Source of the DNA: Polyangiaceae bacterium
GTDB taxonomy: Bacteria; Myxococcota_A; Polyangia; Polyangiales; Polyangiaceae
Length of the DNA: 64,000 bases
Reading direction: 5' to 3'
NCBI GenBank assembly: GCA_044376115.1
Contig: JBILLK010000035.1
Span: forward strand, 32,001 to 96,000
Made by a program: the position numbers and the translations under genes. The notes under the pieces were generated by a model. It ran no database searches. It was not told where the DNA came from and saw nothing but the letters and a program-made list of their open reading frames with translations. This document shows, piece after piece, positions 8,594-18,289 of this stretch (positions are counted from its first letter, which is position 1; every line of letters starts with the position of its first letter).

Positions 8594-9781
8594 TCAATCG
8601 CCCCCAGTTGCCCTGCCACGTGGGAGCTGCGCGACCTCGCTCCATGGGATGGCGAACGGTATGCCCTCATCGCTGCGGATCCCAACGAGCGCGTCGCGGA
8701 ACGGCGCCATTGTCCAGCCGTCGTCTGAGTTGGTCCCAAACCACGCGTGGTGGATCGGTATCGTCGTGCCGTCGGGCAAGAGGACCACGGCGGCGATCTT
8801 TTGATCGTTCCGCAGACACGTTGCGAGCACCGAGCCGCCGGGTGCAGCAAGAAGCTCGCTGATCAAGAGACCTCCGAGCCCAAGCTTGCGGCCCGCTCGG
8901 ACCAGGTGAACACGATTGTCCGATACGACGCCGATGTCCGCACCGAAGGGAGCCAGTGAGAAGTCATAGGCTGCGCGCAAAGATCCTCCGCCAAGCTTCT
9001 CGAACGCGGCCCCGGTCGAGCGGTACACGCTGCCTCCCCAGAGGAGGAAGCTCACACCGTTCGCCTCCACGCAGTCCCCGTCGAGATGCCAGCCGTAGTC
9101 ATCCTCCCATCCTTCGTTGGGTGGCAACGACGAAAGTTCCTCCCAACCTGTTCCATTCCAACTCCAGGGAAGAACCCGATCGAGCGCATTCTGTGGTCCT
9201 GGGAAAACGAGGAGCCTGTCCCCCAGAAAAGCCACTCGCCGAGCACCAAAACGCTTCGCGTCGGGCAGTGGTACCCACGTGTCCGAGTTGGCATGGCAGA
9301 TTGCGACGTGCTTCCCAGCGCGCGCAAGGACTCCGGCCGGAGAGAGGGCTACGTTGGGCACCCAGTCAACCTCGACCGTTCGTTCAAGGTTGAACGTGTG
9401 GTCGACGCGCACAACCGCCAACTCGCCGCTCCGTGCGACCACCATGCGGTCGCCGGTGATGGCGTGAAGCTTGCTCCCGAAGGTAAAGTCTGCGCGAAAG
9501 CGAGCGCCGGACGTCTTGGGCGCGTCAGGCGCTCGGAGGGTTGCCCGGCACTCTCGGCAGCGAACTGCGAGCTGCGGAACTCTGACTCCGCATGCTCCAC
9601 ACTGTACGGTGGCGAGCGCCAACCATTCGTCGAGCGACAGCTCGAACGGTGCGTCTCGTCGTGGGTCAAGGCCGCAGCGGGGACACGCGGCCGGCAGCGA
9701 ATGGGAGTTGTCGGAAGTGTTAACCGTTCCAAGTGGCGCGATGCAGTAAGGGCAACAGATGAGGGGAGGCTCGGCTTGCAC
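8594..9781 (-). CDS. Hypothetical protein with N-terminal zinc ribbons
   Basis: Four CxxC pairs in the first ~80 aa followed by a beta-rich region. Confidence 0.55.
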   Translation of the reverse strand: MQAEPPLICCPYCIAPLGTVNTSDNSHSLPAACPRCGLDPRRDAPFELSLDEWLALATVQCGACGVRVPQLAVRCRECRATLRAPDAPKTSGARFRADFTFGSKLHAITGDRMVVARSGELAVVRVDHTFNLERTVEVDWVPNVALSPAGVLARAGKHVAICHANSDTWVPLPDAKRFGARRVAFLGDRLLVFPGPQNALDRVLPWSWNGTGWEELSSLPPNEGWEDDYGWHLDGDCVEANGVSFLLWGGSVYRSTGAAFEKLGGGSLRAAYDFSLAPFGADIGVVSDNRVHLVRAGRKLGLGGLLISELLAAPGGSVLATCLRNDQKIAAVVLLPDGTTIPIHHAWFGTNSDDGWTMAPFRDALVGIRSDEGIPFAIPWSEVAQLPRGRATGGD

Positions 9782-9955
9782 GGCCGCTGTTACGTTCGAG
9801 CGGGAACGACCTTCCCTCCCTTAGCGCGCCGAGCAAGCAGCATCGCGGCTCGCGGAGGCCCTGCGGGAGATCGAACGTCTGAAGCGCTAGGACTCGGAGG
9901 AATGGCGGAGGCTGGCGCTGGGTAGCGGATAGGATGTTGGGGGTGTGGTCGATCG

Positions 9956-12019
9956 ATGACTAACAACAGTGCCGTCGGCTGGTTGCCCTTCGGGATCCAC
10001 AAGACCATCCGCGACCTGGAGGTGCTCGGGCTGTGCGATGCGTTTGCGGCTTTGTCGCCGCACGACTCAGCGAGCTTGGTCGAGCTATTGGACGTGGTCG
10101 ATCTCGTCGACGGTCAGCCGCTCGTCGATGACGGCGCGCACCTTCCTGGCCTGCTGATCGTGCTTCAAGGTTGCGTCGTTGGCGGCTCCCTCCCTGAGCC
10201 GCTACCCATCGCTCGGCCGTGGGGCGTCGAAGCAATGCTCGAGGCCCATCCGGCTCCCGCCAGCCTCCATGCGCGCGGGGGCGCGCGCGTTGCGCTGCTT
10301 CGAAGACAACGCTTCGATGGCTTCGCCGCCTCGCATGCCGCCGCCTCCGTCACGTTTCTCCGACGTTTGATGGTCGAGCTCGTGCGCACCGCGCGCCCGA
10401 CCCCGCGCTCCTCCCTTCCTCGGCTGCAGGACGTGCTGCCGCTTGCGATCGACGGAGCGCTCGTGGTCGCGGGGAGGGCGAACGGCGCGACGCGTTCGCT
10501 GCTTGATACGGTCGAACCAAACGTCGTCCCCACGCCGGTGACCGTGCGCGACTGGGAGGGCCGTGAGATCTATCGACGGAGCGCCGGGCTCGCCTGCCTC
10601 GAGGCCGCTCGGCGAGCGCGCGAGTACGCGGTGACGCTGGGCCCGTCGTGGACCTCGGGGCGACTGATCCTCGGCCTCGATCCAAGTGGCGACCGCGGCG
10701 CACAAGCGGCTGCTATCCAGCACGAGCTCGATCAAGTGGTTGGGGAGGCGCTCCCGTTCGAGGAGCTTTCGGTGCATCGCGATCAGGCGCTTCGACTCTT
10801 GGAGGGCACCCAAGCCGGCGTGCTCGTGTCAACGAGCGGAAGTCCATCGGTCGCGCTCAACCGCTTGGGTGGGACGCTGGTGTTGAGCCCAGGACCGCTG
10901 TTGCCCAACACAGGCTATCTGCGCGGGCTAACCATCGCTCCCTATGCCGACACCCTCAGCTTGGACTTCGGTCCCAACGTGCGCGACGCCTTGCCGAAGC
11001 GCCCGATGAGCACGATGCTCCTCGAGCGCACGTCGCCGCGATACCCAACGGATGCGTCCTCGCGCGGCTGGCTCGAGAAGCTCGGCATCGTAAGCGTCGG
11101 GGCCTTCAATCGCGCCTGCATAAGCGGTGAGGTCCGCAACGTGATCGACGTCGCAGAGGGCTTTCACGAAAAACGGATCGCCGAGCTCGCCGACCTCATC
11201 CGCGCGAGACCCGAGGTGAAAATCGTCGCGGTCGCTGGGCCGTCGTCGTCGGGAAAGACCACCTTCCTCAAGCGGCTATCGATCCAGCTGCGCGTGGCCG
11301 GTCTCCGGCCGGTCGGCCTCTCGCTCGATGACTACTACGTCGACCGCGAGCAGAACGTCCGCGATGCGTCCGGGGAGTACGACTTCGAAGCGCTCGAGGC
11401 GATCAATCTTTCGCTCTTTGGCGAGCACATCGCGGCGCTGCTCGAGGGGCGTACGATCAACACCGCTCGCTACGACTTTGTCACCGGAAAGAGCGCTCCT
11501 GCGGGCGGAGAAGCGCTCAGCCTGGGCCAAGGCGACGTGCTGCTCGTGGAAGGGATTCACGGGCTCAACCCCAGCGTGTTCCCCGACGCTGCGACGTCGT
11601 CGCTGTTTCGTGTCTTCATCCACCCGGCGACTTCGCTGCCGTTCGATTCGCTGTCCACGCTGGAGCCGGCCGATGTCCGGCTGCTGCGCAGGATCGTGCG
11701 CGATCGGCACAGCCGTGGAACCAGCGCCGCGCAAAACCTTGCGCGTTGGCCCAGCGTTCGCCGCGGTGAGCGGCTCCACATCGATCCGCATCGGCCTCAA
11801 GCCGACTTCGTCTTCGATACCTCGCTCATCTACGAGCTGAGCGTGCTGCGGGTCTTTGCCGAGCGCTACCTGCTCGAGGTTCGCGACGACTCGCCGCAGC
11901 ACCCCGGTGCGCTGCGCCTGCTGCGTTGGATGGCGCCGTTCGTGCCGATCTATCCGGATCGGGTCCCACCGACGTCGATCCTTCGCGAGTTCATCGGCGG
12001 TAGCGGGTTCAGTTACTGA
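9956..12019 (+). CDS. cNMP-binding-like domain fused to uridine/nucleoside kinase (ThrRS N-terminal-like middle region)
   Basis: P-loop AGPSSSGKTT, LSLDDYY, EGIHGLNP, RLLRRIVRD and C-terminal SILREFIGGS; the N-terminal ~150 aa resemble a degenerate cNMP-binding domain. Confidence 0.8.
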   Translation: MTNNSAVGWLPFGIHKTIRDLEVLGLCDAFAALSPHDSASLVELLDVVDLVDGQPLVDDGAHLPGLLIVLQGCVVGGSLPEPLPIARPWGVEAMLEAHPAPASLHARGGARVALLRRQRFDGFAASHAAASVTFLRRLMVELVRTARPTPRSSLPRLQDVLPLAIDGALVVAGRANGATRSLLDTVEPNVVPTPVTVRDWEGREIYRRSAGLACLEAARRAREYAVTLGPSWTSGRLILGLDPSGDRGAQAAAIQHELDQVVGEALPFEELSVHRDQALRLLEGTQAGVLVSTSGSPSVALNRLGGTLVLSPGPLLPNTGYLRGLTIAPYADTLSLDFGPNVRDALPKRPMSTMLLERTSPRYPTDASSRGWLEKLGIVSVGAFNRACISGEVRNVIDVAEGFHEKRIAELADLIRARPEVKIVAVAGPSSSGKTTFLKRLSIQLRVAGLRPVGLSLDDYYVDREQNVRDASGEYDFEALEAINLSLFGEHIAALLEGRTINTARYDFVTGKSAPAGGEALSLGQGDVLLVEGIHGLNPSVFPDAATSSLFRVFIHPATSLPFDSLSTLEPADVRLLRRIVRDRHSRGTSAAQNLARWPSVRRGERLHIDPHRPQADFVFDTSLIYELSVLRVFAERYLLEVRDDSPQHPGALRLLRWMAPFVPIYPDRVPPTSILREFIGGSGFSY

Positions 12020-12149
12020 GTGCTCCTCTGGCCCCCGCCTGTCGCGCTACGCGGCGCGACTGCCCCGTGCGTGTCGCAGTCGTCGTCGTCGAGGTGCGGC
12101 TTTGGCTAGTTGTTGCGATGGAACGCGCGTTGCTGTGCGCCTACCTCAA

Positions 12150-13367
12150 ATGCGTACTGGCTCCACTTTGCTCGCGGCTTGTGTCCTCTCAGCTGGGTTC
12201 GCTGTTGGCTGCGATGATGGAGGTTCAGGCGGTGACGCGACGGGCAATGCGGGGGCCTCGCAAGGGGGCGCTGACTCGGACGGAGGTGCCAGCTCGTCGG
12301 GCGGTAACGGCGCTGGCGGTGGCAACGCGGGCGGCGGTGACATCGGCGGCAGTGGCGCAGGCGGCGGCAACACGGGCTTGCTACCTGTGTTCGTCGCCGT
12401 GGGTGATGGCGGCTTCACGGCGACCTCGTGCGATCGCGGCCGAACCTGGACGTCTCACTACTTCAGCGCCGAGATGGAAGATCACAGCCCCTGGACCGCG
12501 TTCGGCGGCATCGCGTTTGGCCAAGGCGCGTTCGCGGTCGGGCTCGGTTGGGGCTTTCCGGGTCACGTTCTGCACTCCACCAACGGTCTCGACTTCGTCG
12601 ATCTGCCGCAGAGCAGCTTCCTCGAGAACGGCAAGGTGATCGGCTACGACAGCAGCACCGCGGGGGTCGTGCACGACGGCACGTCGTTTGTGCTTTTCGG
12701 TAACCCGGTGTTTCGCTCGAACGACGCGCAGACGTGGACGGCGACCAACATTTCGCTCCCTCCGGGGAGCCACCAGCTACGTCAGGTGCGAGCGTTCCCG
12801 TCGCAACAGCTGATCGTCGCCAGCCTCGAGAAGCAATACGACGATGGCTCGAGCCAAGCGATCGGTCACTTCCTGGCCGTCAGCGCCGATGGCGGCGCAA
12901 CCTGGGCCCAGGGCACCGGATACGACCCTGACTGCTCCGACCCCATTCAACACGTCGGTGATATCGAAATGCTCGGCGACGTGCTGCTCGTGGGAGCGAA
13001 GCGGCTGTGCCGCTCGACCGACGCAGGTGCCACTTGGACGTCGTTCGCTGCGCCAACCGACGGCGATCTCGGTGACCTCTTCTCCGATGGCACGGCCTTC
13101 TACGCGACCCCCAACCAGTACGCTTCGAGCGGCGTCGTGCTCCGCTCGGAGGACGGGATCACCTGGTCCGAGTTTGCCGACGTCGGAGCGCCCATCACCT
13201 TCGGCGCGTACGGCGATGGCACGATGGTCGCCGCTCCGAAAGGCGGCGTGCCCAGCTTCTTCTTCAGCGACGACGGCGAAACCTGGTCCCAAGGAGAGTT
13301 CTCCACCGATCTAGCGAACGTCACCTTGCGCGAGATCGGCGTGGGCATGGTCGAGCACTGCCCGTAG
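12150..13367 (+). CDS. Lipoprotein with BNR/Asp-box repeats
   Basis: AVGC lipobox, Gly-rich linker, repeated SxDxGxTW motifs. Confidence 0.75.
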   Translation: MRTGSTLLAACVLSAGFAVGCDDGGSGGDATGNAGASQGGADSDGGASSSGGNGAGGGNAGGGDIGGSGAGGGNTGLLPVFVAVGDGGFTATSCDRGRTWTSHYFSAEMEDHSPWTAFGGIAFGQGAFAVGLGWGFPGHVLHSTNGLDFVDLPQSSFLENGKVIGYDSSTAGVVHDGTSFVLFGNPVFRSNDAQTWTATNISLPPGSHQLRQVRAFPSQQLIVASLEKQYDDGSSQAIGHFLAVSADGGATWAQGTGYDPDCSDPIQHVGDIEMLGDVLLVGAKRLCRSTDAGATWTSFAAPTDGDLGDLFSDGTAFYATPNQYASSGVVLRSEDGITWSEFADVGAPITFGAYGDGTMVAAPKGGVPSFFFSDDGETWSQGEFSTDLANVTLREIGVGMVEHCP

Positions 13368-13446
13368 CCCGTGCTGATTCGGCACCTACTTCCCACCGCG
13401 CTCAGCTGCTCACCCGAGCTCTCGCTCTGAGCTATCATGAAGCGCC

Positions 13447-14226
13447 ATGACGCAGCCTTGGTCGCTAGATCCGAACGATCCTCGCGCCCCGACCTCCGAG
13501 GTTTGGAACGCCATGTCGCCCGCCGAGCGCGCGCGCGTGGTGGCCTCGCTCCCTACCGACTGGGAGGACGCTTTGCCGTCCGAGGGAGATCCTCATTGGG
13601 TGCCGAAGGTCAACGCGCGCAAGACGCTCGAACGCTACTTTTCGCGGCTCGGTCGCAAAGCGTACGTGGGCTCGGAGCTGGCGATCTACTACCCCGGCGA
13701 ACGGACCTTCGCTCCCGACGTGTTCGCCGTGCTCGACGTCGAGCCCCATGAACGCGACCGCTGGGTGGTGGACCAGGAGCAGCGCGGGCTCGACTGGGTG
13801 ATGGAGATCCACGTAGCGGGGGATCGGCGCAAGGACCACATCCGTAACGTCGACTGGTTCGCTCGCCTCGGCATCCCCGAGTACTTCATCTACGACCGCG
13901 GCAAACTGCGCATCTCGGCGTGGCAGCTGGAGACCACCGCGGAGGGGCGCCGCTACGTGCCGATGCTGCCGCAACGAGGCCGCTACATCTCGCGCGTGCT
14001 CGGCCTCGAAATCGGCATCCTCGATTCGAAGTTGCGTTTCTTCTCCTTGGACGCTGAGTTGCCGGAAGCGGAGGAGCTCATCTTCAAGCTCGAACGTGCC
14101 GTCTCCGATCTCGAGCGGCGGGCGGAGGAAGAGTCGCGGCGGGCGGAGGAAGAGTCGCGGCGGGCGGAGACCGCTGAAGAGCGGCTCGCAGAGGCGCTGC
14201 GCGAGATCGAACGCCTCAAGCGCTGA
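13447..14226 (+). CDS. Uma2 (DUF820) family putative endonuclease
   Basis: APDVFAV...WVMEI...K...LGIPEYFIYD PD-(D/E)xK pattern; C-terminal coiled coil with 21-bp repeats (RRAEEES). Confidence 0.85.
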   Translation: MTQPWSLDPNDPRAPTSEVWNAMSPAERARVVASLPTDWEDALPSEGDPHWVPKVNARKTLERYFSRLGRKAYVGSELAIYYPGERTFAPDVFAVLDVEPHERDRWVVDQEQRGLDWVMEIHVAGDRRKDHIRNVDWFARLGIPEYFIYDRGKLRISAWQLETTAEGRRYVPMLPQRGRYISRVLGLEIGILDSKLRFFSLDAELPEAEELIFKLERAVSDLERRAEEESRRAEEESRRAETAEERLAEALREIERLKR

Positions 14227-14244
14227 GCCACGCTCGCGCTGGCC

Positions 14245-15135
14245 TCAGGCCCGTAAGCGGCCCAAGGCCTCGACCAGGAAGTCGAGCACGGCGCGCACGC
14301 GAGGCGACGACCGCAGATCCTTGTGGACGGTGAGCCAGACCGACTCGGTGGGTTCATTTGGCATCGGCAAATAACGCAGCGAAGGCTCAGCATCGCCGAG
14401 GTAACGAGGCAGGATCGCGATGCCGGCATCGGCGCGCGCTGCCTCGCGCAGCGCGATCGAGAGCGTGCTGACGAAGCCTACGTGCGCCTTTGGACAGAGC
14501 CGCTTGAGCCAGACGGTCTCGAGCTCCTTGGCGCCGGGCGGTCCGAGAAAGCTAAAGTCGGCGATCGTCTCCAAGCCGAACGTTGGTCGCTGCGCCAGGT
14601 AGTTGTGGGAGGCGTAGAGACCATAGCCAATCGAGGCTACGCGCCGCACGACGAGGTTCTCGCCCTTCGACTTGAAGCAGCGAACGGCGATCTCCGCCTC
14701 CTGCCGCCCAAGATCGAGCACGGTGCCCGCCGGCTCCAGCTCGATCACCAGGTCCGGGTGTTTGCGCCCAAAAGCCGCGAGCGCCGGCGCGAGAAACGCC
14801 ACACCCAGCGTCTCCGGTGAGGTCACGCGCACGCTTCCCTCGAGCCCGCCCCGACCGGCGTGCACCACCCGTTCAAGCGAGTCGACCGCACCTTCTACGG
14901 TGCGCATCGGCGCCGAAAGGCGCTTGGCCTCCGGCGTCGGTACGTAGCCTGCGCGCGTGCGGGTGAAGAGCCGAACGCCGAGCGCGGCCTCTGCGGCCTC
15001 GACTCGGCGCCCCACGGTGGTGTGATCCACTTGCAGCGACTTGGCCGCGCGGGCGAGCGAACCCGCGTCGATCAGGGCGAGCACGAAGCGAAGGTCATCC
15101 CATTGCAGCCTTGTGGATTTATGCACGTACGCCAT
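14245..15135 (-). CDS. LysR family transcriptional regulator
   Basis: WDDLRFVLA..GSLARAAKSLQVDHTTVGRR HTH followed by a substrate-binding domain. Confidence 0.92.
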   Translation of the reverse strand: MAYVHKSTRLQWDDLRFVLALIDAGSLARAAKSLQVDHTTVGRRVEAAEAALGVRLFTRTRAGYVPTPEAKRLSAPMRTVEGAVDSLERVVHAGRGGLEGSVRVTSPETLGVAFLAPALAAFGRKHPDLVIELEPAGTVLDLGRQEAEIAVRCFKSKGENLVVRRVASIGYGLYASHNYLAQRPTFGLETIADFSFLGPPGAKELETVWLKRLCPKAHVGFVSTLSIALREAARADAGIAILPRYLGDAEPSLRYLPMPNEPTESVWLTVHKDLRSSPRVRAVLDFLVEALGRLRA

Positions 15136-15176
15136 ATGTCGCACGACATTGTTGCACGGGCCGCGCGCGAAGATGA

Positions 15177-16373
15177 CTACGGCTGCTTCACCTCTGCCCT
15201 GAACTCGCGGTGCAGCCCAAGGCCGCCCTCGAACTCGGGCGCGCTGAGTCGCAAGCTGCACGTTCCGCTCGCGTGCAACAGCGCGGCCTGTTGCAGGCGG
15301 TGATCCGCAAACGGCGACAGGTTCGGCTGCTGCTCGATCGCGCAGACCTCGGGCGTGAGGCTCTCCAGCGTGAACCATGCCTCGTCGAGCGGTGAACAGA
15401 GCTTGGTGCCGTCGACGGCCTCATCGACGGTGAGCACCTGGATAGGTCGCGCCCAATCGATCGCGACTTCATCGCCGTTCTCGAGCGGCGCCCAGACTTT
15501 GACCTCGATACCGAACTCGACCTCCGTGGTTACGCGCTTCGCTTCAACGACCTCGACGACGGTGGGCGAACCAAAGGGCGCCTCCAGCTCGAGCAGGCCC
15601 GCCGTCTCCGGCGTGAGCAGGTTCACGGTGCCTTCACTCGCGGGCCCGTCGGGAGCCGTCAGCTGCACCGGTTCGAGCGGCTCTGTGCTGCGAATGGTCA
15701 GCGTCGCTGGGTGGCGCGGGTTGGCGTTGCTGGGCTGGAACACGACATCCTTGCCGTCTACCAGCGCGAAGCCCGGGACGACGCGAACGTTGGTAGCGAC
15801 GCGCACGACCGGCTCGTCGTAACAATCGGAGAACTGCACCGCGAGCTGTTTGGGCCGGCGCACCTGAACCACCATCACGTCGCTGGTCGCTACAGTGCTA
15901 CTGGGCGCAAAGCCGCATTCGGGACCCTCAGCGCTGACCTCGTATTCGCCTTTGATGGTCAAGGTGGCCGTCCCCTCGCTGTGGAGCGTGAGGACCAAGT
16001 TGCCTTGCTCGTCGAGCTTGCCGGTGGCGGACTCCGACGAGCCGTTGTCCACCGAGAGTGCTCGATACCGCCCGCCCAGCGGGCTCGAGCAAGCCGTCCA
16101 GCGCTTACCCGTCATCGTCTGCGTGATGACCGTCGGATAGCCATCGCCCAGCGCGTAATCGACCGCGCCTTTGAAGAAGAGCTCGCTGCCATCGTCGCTG
16201 GGCTTGCCAAACGCGCTCGGGTTGAACGGGTGTGCGTCGATCGGCTCGAGCGGGATGGTCTGCTCGAACGTTTCGTCGACCGCTTCCTCCTCTCGCTTAA
16301 GCTGCGTGTGAGCAGCGCAACCAACATGAACGAGGCCAACAAGAACGAACATCGCGGGGGCTAGGAGGCGCAT
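15177..16373 (-). CDS. Hypothetical lipoprotein
   Basis: Hydrophobic N-terminus ending in VGC; long ORF with typical codon bias. Confidence 0.6.
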   Translation of the reverse strand: MRLLAPAMFVLVGLVHVGCAAHTQLKREEEAVDETFEQTIPLEPIDAHPFNPSAFGKPSDDGSELFFKGAVDYALGDGYPTVITQTMTGKRWTACSSPLGGRYRALSVDNGSSESATGKLDEQGNLVLTLHSEGTATLTIKGEYEVSAEGPECGFAPSSTVATSDVMVVQVRRPKQLAVQFSDCYDEPVVRVATNVRVVPGFALVDGKDVVFQPSNANPRHPATLTIRSTEPLEPVQLTAPDGPASEGTVNLLTPETAGLLELEAPFGSPTVVEVVEAKRVTTEVEFGIEVKVWAPLENGDEVAIDWARPIQVLTVDEAVDGTKLCSPLDEAWFTLESLTPEVCAIEQQPNLSPFADHRLQQAALLHASGTCSLRLSAPEFEGGLGLHREFRAEVKQP

Positions 16374-16488
16374 GGGGTGACCTTTCGCAAGTGGGTAACC
16401 CGCTTTTGGTAACGCGCGGCAACCTGTGGGACCACGCCCAACGCTGCCCGGTGGTCGTGCAATAATGCACAAGCGCTGGATATGCTCG

Positions 16489-16926
16489 TTACCGCGCCGT
16501 TGCGACCGCGCGCATCCGCGCGAGGAGCGTCTTGACCCTCTCGGGATTGCCCTCAATGACGACGATCCGGCCGCGAGCTCGGTCGAGCCTTACCTGGTCG
16601 TAGACGGGTCCTTCGAGGCGATTGGTCCGCAGAACGATGCCGTCGAAGTCGGAGAGCGCAGGATCGCAGTCGATGTTTTGTTGGCCGATGTCGGGAATGA
16701 GAAATGCGTCGAAGCCGCCGAATGCGTAGTGAGGGTTGTGGCTGTACATGTTGCTGAACGTCTGTCGGTCTCCCTTCGCGAGGATGAAACGCTTAACGGT
16801 CAGGAACGTCGCACCGCTGAGCGCATCGCTCGAGGACGCTGCGGATCCGCCGGAGTGCGAGGGTGCACCACCACAGCCAACCACGCATGCGAAGATGAGT
16901 ACGAGACAGGAGAGGGCCTTGAACAC
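16489..16926 (-). CDS. Small hypothetical lipoprotein
   Basis: Signal peptide with VVGC lipobox. Confidence 0.5.
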   Translation of the reverse strand: MFKALSCLVLIFACVVGCGGAPSHSGGSAASSSDALSGATFLTVKRFILAKGDRQTFSNMYSHNPHYAFGGFDAFLIPDIGQQNIDCDPALSDFDGIVLRTNRLEGPVYDQVRLDRARGRIVVIEGNPERVKTLLARMRAVATAR

Positions 16927-17050
16927 GGCCGAACGGTAGCGCTTCGTTACCAGGAAGACAGCAGTCTAGGGCTTCGCGCGACGCTCGCGGATCGTGGGGC
17001 GGCGCGGCAAACGCAGCCGCTCCGCTGCCCGAACGAGTACGTTGCGTTCG

Positions 17051-17075
17051 ACGCTTGAACAGGTTGTTCAAGCGT
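17051..17075. promoter_or_regulatory. Perfect 11-bp inverted repeat, candidate activator-binding site
   Basis: ACGCTTGAACA-GGT-TGTTCAAGCGT about 50 bp upstream of a sigma54 motif. Confidence 0.5.
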
Positions 17076-17121
17076 TGCACAGCGGCCGTGCGCAGCCGTC
17101 GCTGCCAGTACGAAGTTTCGC

Positions 17122-17137
17122 TGGCACGAGCGGTGCT
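17122..17137 (+). promoter_or_regulatory. Sigma54 -24/-12 promoter
   Basis: TGGCACGAGCGGTGCT fits TGGCACG-N4-xTGC (GG-N10-GC), about 40 bp before the PrsW gene. Confidence 0.6.
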
Positions 17138-17178
17138 CCGAAAAAGTCAATGCTCAATTCACTCAAAGGAAAAGACGT

Positions 17179-18234
17179 TTGAACGCGCTGCTCCTCACCA
17201 TCAGCGCCATCCTGCCGAGCCTCCTGATCATGCGCTACTTCCATGCGCGAACGCGGTACCCCGCGCCGCGCCGGGTGCTCTGGTCAACCTTCGGGCTGGG
17301 CGTGCTTTCGGTCTTCGGCATCTTCATGATCCTGAACTTGCTGCGGGTGTTTCACGGCGTTGGCAGGCCGGTTGTCGCTGGGGCCGTTCGAGCGTTCTTC
17401 TGCGCCGCCATCCCCGAGGAGGCGCTCAAGCTGCTGGTGCTCGTGGGGTACTGTGCGCGACGGCGTGAGTACGACAAGCCGATCGACGGGCTGGTGTATG
17501 GCGCTGCAGCGTCGCTGGGCTTCGCGACCATCGAGAACGTCGCGTATGTCGCAGAGAACGGCTTCACCGTCGCCGTCCTGCGAGCCTTCACCGCGGTCCC
17601 TTCGCACGCCTTCTCTGGGGCGATCCTCGGCTGGTATGTGTCGCAATGGAAGTTTGGCCGTGACACCTACGCGGTGCCCAAAGGCTATGCGTTGGTCGTC
17701 GTCCTGCATGGTCTCTACGACTGGCCGCTGATGACGCTCGAGTACCTCAAGGCTGCTTCGGCACCCAAGTCGCAGACGGATCTCGCGTTGCTCTTCGCGG
17801 TGTGTGTCACCCTGCCGATCGTCGCGATCGACGTGCTGTGGGCGAGGCACCTGCTGCTGCGCGCGCGTGCCGAGCAAGATGGGCCCGTGACGAAGTCGCG
17901 CAATATGCTCGAGGCGCGCCGCCGCATCCTCTCCTCGCTCGCCTCGGTCGATGAGCTGCTGATCGTTGGCGGCGGCAGTCTCGCGTCGCTCGGCGGCATC
18001 ATCCTTTGCCTCGTGACGATGTCGAACTTCCTGGGTGGTCCGCCCAAGACCAACGTCTTCATCGGTGCCGTGATCCTGGGCGCTCCTCCGCTCGGCCTGG
18101 GGCTCATGCTCTACACGCGCGGGATTCGACGTCGGGCCGCTCGCCTCGACGCCCAGCGTTTGGCCGCCTGGGAGTCGGCTGCCGCGCAACCGCTGTACAG
18201 CTATCAGAAGCAGACTTCGTTTCGCTCGCTATGA
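17179..18234 (+). CDS. prsW: PrsW family intramembrane glutamic protease
   Basis: IPEEALK, LGFATIEN, AVPSHA and LHGLYD motifs with multiple TM helices. Confidence 0.88.
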   Translation: MNALLLTISAILPSLLIMRYFHARTRYPAPRRVLWSTFGLGVLSVFGIFMILNLLRVFHGVGRPVVAGAVRAFFCAAIPEEALKLLVLVGYCARRREYDKPIDGLVYGAAASLGFATIENVAYVAENGFTVAVLRAFTAVPSHAFSGAILGWYVSQWKFGRDTYAVPKGYALVVVLHGLYDWPLMTLEYLKAASAPKSQTDLALLFAVCVTLPIVAIDVLWARHLLLRARAEQDGPVTKSRNMLEARRRILSSLASVDELLIVGGGSLASLGGIILCLVTMSNFLGGPPKTNVFIGAVILGAPPLGLGLMLYTRGIRRRAARLDAQRLAAWESAAAQPLYSYQKQTSFRSL

Positions 18235-18289
18235 CGGTTACACTCCGGCCCATCGGAGAGATGGCGGGTAATTCGTTCAACAGGACCAT

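Noticed and set aside
13447..14226. Uma2 gene as a defence system or as mobiliser of the repeat element
   Set aside because: Uma2/DUF820 genes are common stand-alone paralogs in myxobacteria, and no element copy or partner gene is adjacent.
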